Below, piece by piece: positions 52,001 through 64,000 of a stretch of DNA of 64,000 nt. Source of the DNA: Octopus vulgaris (Eukaryota); contig OX597814.1 in assembly GCA_951406725.2 (NCBI GenBank), positions 7,316,001 through 7,380,000 of the forward strand, given 5' to 3'. The stretch's first letter is position 1; each line of letters begins with the position of its first letter. The notes under the pieces were generated by a model. That model was not told where the DNA came from and did not search any database. It saw nothing but the letters and a program-made list of their open reading frames with translations. The position numbers and the translations under genes were made by a program.

Positions 52001-55000
52001 GTATGACAAAACATGCAGTTCAACTCAGCCTCATCAGAAGTAGTTGAGGAAGTGGCAGAAATAATCCTCTGAGGCATGTTCAAATACATTCTATACAAAA
52101 CAAAAAACAAAATGAAATTCCCCGAATAACTCAATTGTGTCTGCTCTGCAGCAGCACAAGCTAACACAATGGCCCACATTACTTGGGAATAAAAAACATA
52201 TCACCCACCTCTACAAAATGAAAACCTTTATATCCACCACCCCAACTTCCATAACATTTTCATTCAAAACACTAAAGATGCCTTCATATAATGGAGAGCT
52301 TGCACATTCTGCTTCACAAAATGCAACTGATCCTTGACTTCCTTGTCTAAAGAATCTCTACCAACTTCGGACTATCTCCTCCCTACTCAACGTGAAACCA
52401 CAAGCAGGACTCCAGTGAAGAAAGCCTGCACATTTGCTGCCTCCTTTTGCATCTAACTCAGCACACACAAGTAAAACTTCTCCAGAAACTCTTTCTCTTC
52501 ACTGGGTTCATTAATGTGTACACACGTACCAAGTACTAAAGAAGCTTTGGCCAATTTAAATCAATAATATTACTGGCCCTCCAATTACCCTCAAACAATA
52601 TGTCCCAGAGCTCCCAACTTCAATTTGCAATTTCGCTCTCTCTCTAAGTATTTATTTCAATCTTTTGAAATATGCTGGTGTGTCTCATTCTCCCACCAGA
52701 ATAATGGTTTCTTAATTCTTCAGAAATCCTTATAACAGCAGATAATAACTTTGTTGAGTATTATCTATTTATCTGATGATAAGTAGATTTTATATTCATA
52801 GATAGAGGGAACTTGAGTGTGTTTGTAAGGGACAACAAAATGGCCACAAACCCTCATCTTCTAACAACATTCGTAAATTATAGAGTAATTCTACTCATAA
52901 CCAAATTTCAATTCAACAATCCAGAAATTAACTACATAAAAACAGCACAAAATAATACGACTAAAGTATTAATTAACATTTACCAACAACTACACTCTCA
53001 AAAATGTACTCTATCCTACTGTCTATCAGCCACTACCACCACCACCACCACTCTGTAGTATTTTTTAATACCCTTCACACTTTTCAACATTTGAAGAGAG
53101 TTTGATTTTTTTAATTGTAAATCTCTTATCCTCCAAAATATTACACATAAGAATAATCATCGTTCAATTTCCTACATTTTATATCTGGTCACATGAGTCA
53201 ATGAGGAAGCTTCTAAATAGTGGATCTACCAGATAGAAATAATAGCCACATCTCCCACAGATCACATTCTCCACATCTTAAAAGTAAGTAGGAAGAACAT
53301 GATTTAACATAGTCCTATAAATATGGGTTGTTCACTGCTGGGGTACCTTTAATTACAGGTTTTCTGATCAAGTGGAGTAAAACATATCTTAAAAAACAAC
53401 AGTAAAGTTATAAATGCTAATAATTCCTAATTTGTTTTCAAGAAAAGATGAAGTATTCTAAACACTTCAAGGACAATGGCTTGCTTTTATTCTTTTGTGA
53501 TTCCATTTGCTTCTAAGAATGCACTAGACTTCAAGCCCCTATTTTTGGGGGGTACCAAAGAAGAAGCTTCTGTACCAATGTTTCCTAATTTTTTGCTAAT
53601 CCCTTTTTGATGACCCGTTGAATCAGACAGCTTCCCTCCTTAAATTGGTTGAAGTTTAATTGCAATTCCTGCTGAAATTAATGTTAGCATTTCCTGGTGA
53701 TGCAATTACCCCAAGTTACAAAACACTGCTTTATGTGGATGCTCAACTTGCTAAAAATAGCAACCAAATTTAATACAAATCACACCTAAATATACTAAAA
53801 AATGAACACATTGAATAATGAAATTTTAGATCCATTATTCTTGGAAACAAGGTGAGGTGGCCATGGTTGAAAAGCCTGTGATCTTGGCTTTGTTCAATCA
53901 GAAGTAAACAACAAAACTCTGCATGTCAGATCTTTCTGAGAGAGATCATATTCAGACGTGTTAGGAAGGCCTATTTTAGTTATGTACTACCTTAAACTAG
54001 TGCTTGGTTGATTGCACCTTTATGTAATGGGTGGGGAGGAATCTTAATTACTGTTTGGTTGCTATTTAGTATTCCATCATACAGGTGATGAACGAAGTGC
54101 TTTTTTTCCAACAGTATTATGAGATCCCACTTCTTGTTTTACAGGTTACGTTCATTCTATTCTATTGTGAATTCTTTCACTTCTAGGCATAGTGTGTCCA
54201 TTCCAAGATGGGCCGAAAAAGAATTTTGTAAATAAAAATATGTTAACACTTATGGCATACCTATGCATGTGTGCACACCGACTTTGTTGCTTGATAACTT
54301 CCTGGAAAATGGATATTTTTTTAATGAAATTTTCTACAAATACACTTCAGATGATGGTAGATTCTTATTATATAGGAATTTGCTGTGAAAAAAAGTTTTC
54401 ATTGGTGAAAGAATGGAATTTCAAAAAATTAACACAAGTTGGTTTTGTTTCTTTATAACTTTCAGAAAAATGAATATATTTTAATGCAATTTTCTATAAA
54501 TACCTTTCAGTGTGTGGAGATCATATCAGAATATGAAAACAAACTGGTGGGCTCGCATGCACATGCAGACATGCACCACATATATCTACTACAAAACAAA
54601 ACTTGAAATTTCAACAAAATATTGGATGTGTGTCAGTATGTAGGTGTGCATGTTCACCATTTTCCTTTTTACATAAAATTCTGATATTGTTAATTTACAC
54701 ACTCTGAAATGTATTTATAGAAAATTTAATTTGATAATACCCATTTTTCTGAAAGTTATGAGGAAACTTGTGTTAATTTTCTGAAACACTTTATTACAAG
54801 CTTTTATGATAAGATGACGGGGAAATTTTAATTTAGGTTGAGTGAGTCACAATGCCAATTTGAAAGACTAATTTTAAGATAAACTTGAATCAGATACGAA
54901 GCATATATATTAATTTTACATGTTATTTTTATATCTCATAACACCATTAATCTTCAGCATGTTAAATAACGTTACTAAGTAACACAAAAAGGTAATTATA

Positions 55001-55475
55001 AAAGTACAACAAAACCGGACTTGCTTCGTAGATTTGATAACGTTTGTACATTTGATTTGATATCCACTGCAAAAGCCTTTGTTCTCATTTTGTCAAGTAA
55101 ATAAAGCTAACGGGCATAGTTCAATCTCATAATGCCGCACCTTAAACACTGAACTAAAACCTGTCATAAATATATAGAGGGCCGGGGCACAGTGAGGAGG
55201 TTTTACTGCATTTTTGACTTTGAGACACAATATATTTTTTTACAAATGTTCTTCTCTACCTTACAAAAACTAAATCAGCTCAGAAAAGTACCTTCTCTAA
55301 ATGCATTAAAAGCATTATAACATGACCTGATCGCTACTTCAGAAAATTCTCACCATTCTCTTTGAGTAAATAAAAGACAAATTTGGTTGGGGCAAAATGA
55401 GTAAACCAAGATAAGGTCAACTTGTAACTTCAGATCTCCAGAACTGAAGCATGCATATCAATATCCATCCCTTGA

Positions 55476-56310
55476 CATCATCATCATTATCATCATTTAG
55501 CGTCCGTTTTCCATGCTAGCATGGGTTGGATGGTTTAACTGGGGTCTGTGAAGCCGGAAGGCTTCATCAGGCCCAGTCAGATCTGGCAGTGTTTCTACGG
55601 CTGGATGCCCTTCCTAACACCAACCACTCCGTGAGTGTAGTGGGTGCTTTTTACGTGCCATCTGCACAGGTGCCAGACAGAGCTGGCAAATGGCCACGAA
55701 TGGATGGTGTTCTTACGTGCCACCGGCACGGGGGCCAGGCGAGGCTGGCAACAGACACGAACGGATGGTGCTTTTACGTGCTACCGGCACGGGGGCCAGG
55801 CGAGGCTGGCAACGGACATGAGCGGATGGTGCTTTTACGTGCCAACGGCACGGGGGCCAGGCGAGGCTGGCAATGGACACGAACGGATGGTGAAAAAATT
55901 TAACCATCTCAGTCAAATATGAGAGGATCAGGGAGAAATGGTGCATAAAATTAATGAAACTCAACTAAATAGGTGCAGGAGTGGCTGTGTGGTAAGTAGC
56001 TTGCTAACCAACCACATGGTTCCGGGTTCAGTCCCACTGCGTGGCATCTTGGGCAAGTGTCTTCTGCTATAGCCCCGGGCCGACCAATGCCTTGTGAGTG
56101 GATTTGGTAGACGGAAACTGATAGAAGCCTGTCGTATATATGTATATATATATAAGTGTGTGTGTATATGTTTGTGTGTCTGTGTTTGTCCTCCTAGCAT
56201 TGCTTGACAACCGATGCTGGTGTGTTTACGTCCCCGTCACTTAGCGGTTTGGCAAAAGAGACCGATAGAATAAGTACTGAGCTTCAAAGAATAAGTCCCG
56301 GGGTCGATTT
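55476..56310. mobile_element. RTE tail copy (55476-55891 -, 61-bp repeat) and tRNA-SINE (55971-56310 +)
   Basis: Conserved family boxes as in the other copies. Confidence 0.8.
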
Positions 56311-58439
56311 TATTTATTTATTTTTTTTCAGAAAATCTTTACAAATTTGTGTTCTACACAAATTCATACGATTATGCAAAAAAATCGTGCAATTTAAGGG
56401 TGATTTACCTGTTATTTTTAGTTCGTCTCAACCACCTTTTGCCTTCCTCATTTCTTTGTCACTCAGACATATATTGCTGTTTTTCAATATTTTTCTCTCC
56501 ACAGGTAGCAAACTGGCAGAATCCCTGACCTGCCAGGCAAGGTACTTGGCTCTCCATAGTTATTTAGCTGGTCAACATTTCATTTCCAATGAAGGGGTTA
56601 AGCTGGCAGAATCGTTAGCATGCCAGGCAAAATGTTAGTAGCATTTCGTCTGTCTTTATGTTCTGAGTTCAAATTCAGCCAAGGTCAACTTTGCCTTTCA
56701 TCCTTTCAAGGTCAATAACGTAAGTACCAGATAAGGACAGAGGTCAATGTATCCAATTTAACTCCTTTCCAAAAATTTGAAACCAATAGTTTTCTCCTCA
56801 TAAACGTGTTTAACGGAATGATGATGAACCCAGGAGTGGTTCATTGCTGGGATTTAAGCTAAAATTTGGACTGTCCGTTTATTAAACACTTGATTTAAAA
56901 TAAAAAAATTTGGAAAAGAGTGGAGCTTCTAGGATTTATGGTGGGAAAGGGTTTAAAATTAAAAATAAAACCTTTTTCATATGAATTCCCATGAGCAGAA
57001 CTCAAATTTGCAAAACTTTTCTGAAAATTCCAAAAATTGAAAGAAGCTAAGAGGGGTTATATGGGGCCCTTAAACCAGAATACTGCCTTTAAAAATGAAC
57101 CAAAAACATGCAAAAATTAAGCAGATGATAACATGTACATGGCCAAACAGTTCGATACTAAAATTATATAAGCATGGCTTTTGGTAAGAAGTTTGCACCC
57201 CAACCACATAATTCTGGGTTCAGCTCCACTGCATGGCACCTTGATCCCTGTAACTTAAGAAACTACTAGAATAAGTACTGGGGTTGATTCATTCATATTC
57301 TTCAAGGTGGTACCCCAGTATGGCCACAGTCTAATGACTGTAATGAATATATATATATATATATATACACACATACATAGGAGGTGGGGCAAAATTAGTA
57401 ATTTCTGATTTCCTGTTATTTTCTCCTTACCTGTTTGAAATCATTACATTTACAAATATTGCATCATCTTTAGGAGCAAAAATTGGTCAGCCAAGTTGTT
57501 GAGAGAGTCTGAAATATAGTCAGGAGACAAGTCCTTTTTCAAGAAACTTTTCCTCAACTTTGATCCAATTGCAATTGAGGTTGCTAATAAAACATCTGGA
57601 TAATTTTTCATGCTAAACAATCAATATTCGTTTCTCTGTGGTATTCTAAGTCAATTTTTTTCCTACACTTAATGTCTAGTTTTATATAAGTTTTTTAAAA
57701 AATGGTGTCCAAAATGGGGTAAAATGAGTAATGTATAATTTCTACAATTTTTCCTCTTTAATTGCATAGTATGTAAATATATTGCCAATAGAGACACTCC
57801 GGCAAATCATAAAGAAGCTATAGAGAATATTTATGTTGAGTTTTTTTTATCATTTAGTCGACTTTTGTTAATTTCATATCATGTGCCATTTTCCCCTGAC
57901 CCTCTTTCATTTGATATATTTAAATTTTCTTGTTTTCTATTTTTAATCTTTCTGGTGTCTCGAGGTGGATATTGATGTGTATCTACGAATCCTTCATTCC
58001 TGAAGGAATGAAACTGTAAATTTACATCATCCTTGCTTACTCATTTTGCCCCAGCCAAATTAGTCTTTGATATACCCAAAGAGAACAGCGATAGTTTTTT
58101 TTTTAAACAGATATTCAGATTATGTTACAATGCTTTTAATGCATTTAGGGATGGCCATTCGCTTAGCTGATATAGTTTTTGCCGTAAATTATTACAAGTA
58201 CCTTTGCAAGGTCGTGAACATTTGTAAAACAAATATATTTTGTCTCAAAGTTAAATATGCAATAAGAACACCTCATATTGGCCCTGTATTATTTTGTGTG
58301 TGCGTGTGTGTTGTTCCCCTTTACGTAATGAGTTCATATCGCACTGAAAGTCGCCTCTGTCTTTCACACCTGTGCTCAAGATCGAACGAAACAACTCTTA
58401 CCTTTTACTCTGGCGTCAATATCAAAAACAATTATATAA

Positions 58440-59200
58440 ACTGGACATAAAACATATACTCACATCTTCATATAAAAATACGCGTGTGATGGTTCGTTTC
58501 TATCGTTAAATTGAAACAATTTTTTAAATTGCAATTAGACAGAATATTCGGCAGTAAGTAAAACATTTCGAATCTAAGAAGCTCCAGGCAGGTGCGTAAT
58601 CAATGTGTAACGAAGGCAAATGACCTGCAGAGATAAACAGTGGTGTAAGAGGAAAATGCGACCGCTCAGAATAATCGCCCGTGTAGGCGGTGTCTATAAT
58701 TTTAGAACATGTAGTCTATGTGCAATGTTGTTCTTGGTTACGAGTTTCTAATGAATTATCCAAAAGATTCACTGTTCTTGAGATAAATGGTGAAAAGGGA
58801 GTGTCGCTCTAACTCGCGCAGACTATATGTAATTATGCCTTTTTCGATGCACCGGTTTATCAACAATTTTGTCGTCCGTGGCGGAGGTAAAAACAATGAG
58901 GTACTACTTAAGAACAGTGGTCCCGGTGCGCGCACTCGCCCTAGCTAAAGTTAAATAAAAGCAACGGAATGTTTTAATGAGAATCAAAAGTGACATTTCG
59001 CTGTGGTGCTAAAGACACCGTTTTCGGTGCTATTAGAGTCAGTAAAACAGCTGTGATAATGGAGAACAGTAGAAAAACTTACCTTAATTTCCATTCAGCA
59101 CTTACTTTATATTATATCGTGGCTAATTAAGTGATGCCAGAAGAGATGGACGACAGCGATTGAACGATTGCCCGACGGGAAGGAATAAGTTTTAACAAAT
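58440..59200 (-). promoter_or_regulatory. Candidate promoter / non-coding first exon(s) of the SLC52 gene
   Basis: Non-repetitive and CpG-enriched relative to the window. Strong minus-strand donors AAG|gtaagt (59083/59082) and ATG|tgag-like gtgagt near 58460. GACTACAT-like and CTCGCG motifs at about 58710 and 58813. The SLC52 ATG exon starts with a splice acceptor, so an upstream exon is required. Confidence 0.45.
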
Positions 59201-59292
59201 AGTTAACAAATTGAATTAATTAAATCAATGAGAAAAGTTAGATTTAAGTCTTTATTTTCATACGTGTTAATGGATGGGTGAATAGAAACGTA

Positions 59293-59488
59293 GTGGAGGC
59301 GCAATGGCCCAGTGGTTAGGGCAGCGGACTCGCGGTCGTAGGATCGCGGTTTCGATTCCCAGACCGGGCGTTGTGAGTGTTTATTGAGCGAAAACACCTA
59401 AAGCTCCACGAGGTTCCGGCAGGGGATGGTGGTGATCCCTGCTGTACTCTTTCACCACAACTTTCTCTCACTCTTACTTCCTGTTTCT
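59293..59488 (+). mobile_element. tRNA-derived SINE 5' part, CpG-rich and apparently young
   Basis: ggcgcaatggcccagtggttagggc...ggtttcgattccc A/B boxes; same family as 3435-3722. Confidence 0.8.
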
Positions 59489-62230
59489 GGAAAGGCACGC
59501 ATAAGTGGGCTGGTTACACCACTGGCATAGGCCACAACGTTATGGTCTCAATTGCGCTTGCCGGGTCTTCTCAAGCAGAGCATATTTCCAGAGGTCCCGG
59601 TCACTAGACAATGCCTTGGTGAGGCCCGATGTTCGAAGGTCGTGCTTCACCACCTCATCCCAGGTCTTCCTGGGTCTACCTCTTCCACAGGTTCCCTCAA
59701 CTGCTAGGGTGTGGTACTTTTTCACACAGCTATCCACATCCATTCTCACCACATGACCATACCAGCACAGTCGTCTCTTGCACACCACATCTGATGCTTC
59801 TTAGGTCCAACTTTTCTCTCAAGGTACTTACACTTTGTTGAGTATGCACACTGACATTACACATCCATCGAAGTATGCTGGCTTCATTCCTTGCGAGCTT
59901 ACGCATGTCCTCAGCAGTCACAGCCCATGTTTCACTGCCATGTAGTATGGCTGTTCATACACATGCAGTGTACAGTCTGCCTTTTACTCTGCGCGAGAGG
60001 CCCTTTGTCACCAGCAGACATAGGAGCTCTCTGAACTTAACCCAGGCTATTCTTATTCTAGCAGCTACACTTTCAGTGCACCCTCCCCCACTACTGACTT
60101 GGTCACCTAGGTAATGGAAGCTATCAACTATTTCTAGTTTTTCTCCCTGGATTATGGCGGAAGTTGTTCTCTGCACATTTTCAGTGTTATTTATTGCTCC
60201 TGAGCATCTGCCACATGCAAAAACTATCTTCCCAGTTAGCCTTCCTTTGATATTGCTGCACCTCTTATGTGTCCGTAGCTTACACTTGATACATCTTATA
60301 GAGTTTCTACCTACACCTTTTCTACAGATGAAGCAGGGCCAACTACCTGAAGAGATTTGTGGTTTGCCTGCCTTCCTACTTATTAGGACTTTGGTTTTAG
60401 CTAGGTTGACTCTAAGGCCCTTCAATTCTAATCCTTGTTTCCATACTTGAAACTTTTCCTCCAGTTCTGAGAGTGACTCAGCAATTAGAGTGAGGTCATC
60501 GGCACAGAGGAGCTCCCAGGGGCATCCTGTCTTGAATTCCTCCGTTATTGCCTGGAGGACTATGATAAATAGGAAGGGGCTGAGGACTGAACCTTGGTGG
60601 ACCCCTACTTCTACCCGGAATTTTTCACTGTACTCATTGCCAACCCTCACCTTACTGACAGCGTCCCTATACATGGTTTGCACGGCTCTCACTAACCATT
60701 TATCTATCCCTAGTTTCCTCATTGACCACCAGCTAAGGGATCAGGGGACTCTGTCAAAGACTTTCTCTATGTCAACAAAAGCCAGGTACAGGGGCTTATC
60801 TTTGACTAAGCATTTCTCCTGCAGCTGTCTTACCAGAAATATAGCATCAGTGGTGCTTTTCCCTGGCATGAAACCAAACTGCATCTCATCCAACTGACTG
60901 TCTCCCTAATTAGTTGGGCTATGACCCTCTCCATGACCTTCATTACCTGACCCAACAGCTTGATACCTCTGTAATTATTTGTATCTAACGCGTCACCTTT
61001 ACCTTTGTAGCAGTTGACTAGTATGCTGCTACACCAGTCATTGGGTATGACTCCGTGTATCCCCTGGTTAACTATACGGGTGACCAGGTTATAGCCAACA
61101 CTGCCTGATATTTTGAGCATCTCTGCAGTGATCCCTGATGGGCTGGGGGCTTTCCCTGTCTTCATGCTTCTAATTGCCTTATCTACCAAGGTACTATCAA
61201 CTCAGATAGCTGGTCCCTCTGTTGGGTTGACATTCGACAGACTCTCTTTCTCCCATTCATTTTCTTTATTCAGCAACCTTTCATAGTGGTGTCTTCAAAC
61301 CTCTCTCTTTGCAGCCTCGTTTAGTGCAAGTGAACCATCATCCATGCGAACACATTTCTCTCCTACCACATCACGATTCTCTCTTGCACACTGTCTTGCA
61401 ACGTGAAATACTTCAAGTCTTTGGTCCTCATGACACAGAACACTGGCAAATTTTTTCTTATCTGCTTCCCCTCTGTCTAAATAAACCTGTCTCCTACCTT
61501 CTCTTCTGGCAGTCTGATACAATTCCCTGCTACCACCATTATTCCAGTCCTTCCAAGCCTGTTTCTTTTCTCTAATAGCCCTGTCAACAACATTGTTCAA
61601 CCACCACGTTATTTTGGGTCGAGAGGGGACTTTCTACCATCCACAGATCTGGTCGCTGGCCCTTAGCAGGTTGTCCTGTAGGAACCTCCAGTTGTATTCT
61701 ACACCATGTGAAGCTATATCCCCTTCTATTTCGTCAAAGGCTTCGAGTAATACGTCTCTAAATCTCTGTCCATTCGCAGGATCTTTAAGCTTCCAGACCC
61801 TTCTTCTCCATGTTGATCATGTTCTCGGCATCCACTTGGCCCTGATCCTGAAGTCACTAATTACCAGTCTATGTTGTGGGGTACATTCTTCGCCTGGGAA
61901 GGTTTTGGCATTTATAAGCAGCCATCTTTCCCTTTTTCTGGCAAAGATGTAGTCAATTTGGCTGGTATGTCGACCCGTAGCCTACATGGAAGCCCCCTGT
62001 ATGTTATTCAACACATCCATTGAAGTCACCAGCCACAAAGAGAAGGTCCCTGTCGTTCATCAATGAGATAGTCTGCAATAGGGTATCATAGAATCAGTCT
62101 TTCTGTCCATCGGGTAGCCCCGGTTGAGGGGCATAGGCTGATATAATGGTTGCTAACCCATGGTGAAGCACTAATCTAATCTTAAGTATTCTGTCGTATA
62201 CTCTGACTGGGTAGGACAGTGCTGTGCTTG
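59489..62230 (-). mobile_element. RTE-clade LINE, degenerate ORF (APE endonuclease + reverse transcriptase)
   Basis: Endonuclease motifs ISAYAPQPGL, VAGDFNG, SQIDYI; RT motifs NYRGIKLL, GVHQGSVLSPFLF, LLCADDL, FHYLG; C-terminal GRGRPRKTWDEVV; stops and frameshifts. Confidence 0.92.
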
Positions 62231-62236
62231 GAAAAC

Positions 62237-64000
62237 ATCAAATATATGGATGGGTTAGTGATACTGTCAGGGGAGGTTATGAAGCAGATAGAAGAAACAG
62301 GCTATATGTACTTGGGGATTTGGGAAATGGATAAATTGATGGAGAAAAAATGACAGAAAATACAGTACACAATTACAGGCCGATATCCTGCTTGCCACTT
62401 ATGTGGAAATTATTGACTGGAATAGTTGCAGAGTCCATATATGGACATCTGGGGAAAAATAGAGTCCTGCCACATGAGCAGAAGGGTTGCAAGCATAAGT
62501 GCAGAGGTACCAAGGATCAACTCCTGATAGACAAAACTGTACTTAGAGACTGCAAGAGGAGGAAAACTAACTTAGCCATGACATGGATTGATTATCGTAA
62601 GGTGTATGATATGATCCCACATTCTTGGATTATGGAATGAATGAACCTGTTTGGTATTGCATCGAATGTCGAATGAGTGCTTGGAAAAAATATGGCAAAG
62701 TGGAGGAATAGAACTGACAGCATATGGAAGAAGATTAGGGACAATAGAAATAAGGAAAGGCATCTTCTGATGAGACTGCCTGTCCCCACTGATCTTTGTA
62801 CTGTGATTGATACCAGTTACACTGATTCTGAGGAAAGCAAACGCTGGGTATGTGTTCAAGAGCTGCCAGCAAAAAGTCAACCATTTGTTATTCATGGATG
62901 ACCTCAAACTTTTTGGTAAAGATGGATCTCAAGTCAGTTCCCTCTTTTATATGGTGAATACTTTCAGTGCTGATATCAGAATGGAATTCAGACTGAGAAA
63001 ATGTAATATATTATTCTTGAAGATAGGCAAAATCAAATGTATGGATGGGCTAGTGATACCATCGGGGGAGGTTATGAAGCAAATAGAAGAGATGGGTTAT
63101 AAGCATTTAGTGATATTGAAAATGGATAAATTGATGGAGAAAAAAAATGACAGAAGCATCTAAGGTGGAGTACTTGTGCTGACTGAGACTGATCCTTAAG
63201 TCGAAATTAAATGGACAGAATAAGATTGAAGCTATCAACATCTGGGTAGTTTCACTCCTTAGATACAGAGCAGGAGTAATCGCATGGACAGTAAATGAAC
63301 TAAACAGCTTAGAGAGAAAGACAAAGAAGCTGCTGATTAGATATAGGATACTCTACCCATAAAATGACACAGACAGACTGTATGTACCAAGAAAAAGAGG
63401 AGGGAAAGGAATGACTGGATATGAACACAGCATTAGAGCAGAAGAAAACAACATAGCGTGGTATGTGAAAAATGCCACAGAACCACAATTATTGGAAGTA
63501 AGAAGGTCAGGCTTGTGTAGGATGAAAGATAGCAAAGATAAAGCACTGTACAAGCAATTGAAAATAGGTGGGTAAAGAAAAGAATGCATGGACAATTTCA
63601 TAGGGATGTTGATGATAAGACAGACAGAGAAAAAAGATGGGTGTGGATGACTAAAAGTGATTTAAAACCAGAAACTGAGGCTCTAAACTGTGCTGCCCAA
63701 GAGGAAGCACTAAGAACAAACTGCATAAATTATAGCACGTCAGCACATCAGAAAGTGATAAGTGCAGAATTTGTGGACAAAACAGTGAAACCGTATGACA
63801 TATTACCAGCCAATGTAAGCCACTAGCTCAGAAAGAATTTAAGAGCTGTCATGGCAATATAGCAAGGATTGTCCATTGGAGTCTTTGCAGCAAGTATGGA
63901 CATGACAGAGCAAACAAGTGGTACGAACATAAACCCAAAGACATTATCGGGAATGATAATGCAAAGATCCTGTAGGATTTTATGATTCAGTGTGACCATG
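62237..64000 (+). mobile_element. R4/Dong-like non-LTR retrotransposon remnant (RT plus C-terminal zinc-knuckle region), runs off the window
   Basis: [75 protein letters not shown]; disrupted frames. Confidence 0.85.

Noticed and set aside
59293-59370. tRNA gene (also 3435, 3773, 39822, 55971)
   Set aside because: A/B boxes are present but there is no proper cloverleaf; the heads continue into shared SINE bodies

Overview
AT-rich, repeat-dense animal genomic DNA. The repeat families (tRNA-derived SINEs, RTE LINEs with (GAT)n tails) suggest an octopus or other cephalopod; this is an inference. There are two convergent spliced genes. On the + strand is dynactin subunit 5 (DCTN5/p25), with coding exons 2-6 at 11908-25644; exon 1 was not found and probably lies upstream. 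On the - strand is an SLC52 riboflavin transporter (2 coding exons, 480 aa, 42857-31270), with a candidate promoter and non-coding first exon near 58.4-59.2 kb. Almost everything else is transposon debris: RTE LINE fragments and their 5'-truncated 3' ends carrying variable tandem repeats (one expanded to 27 x 67 bp), R4/Dong, CRE and Penelope remnants, mariner and MULE remnants, a hAT MITE, a Helitron and tRNA-SINEs. Most short ORFs in the supplied track are spurious. I found no convincing new multi-gene system. The most notable structures are a near-perfect 143-bp palindrome downstream of DCTN5, a 237-bp intron-to-3'-region templated copy, a PHD-finger-like insert inside the RTE reverse transcriptase, hypervariable VNTRs inside the LINE 3' UTR, and degenerate hammerhead-ribozyme-like motifs. 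All alignments and family assignments were made by eye.
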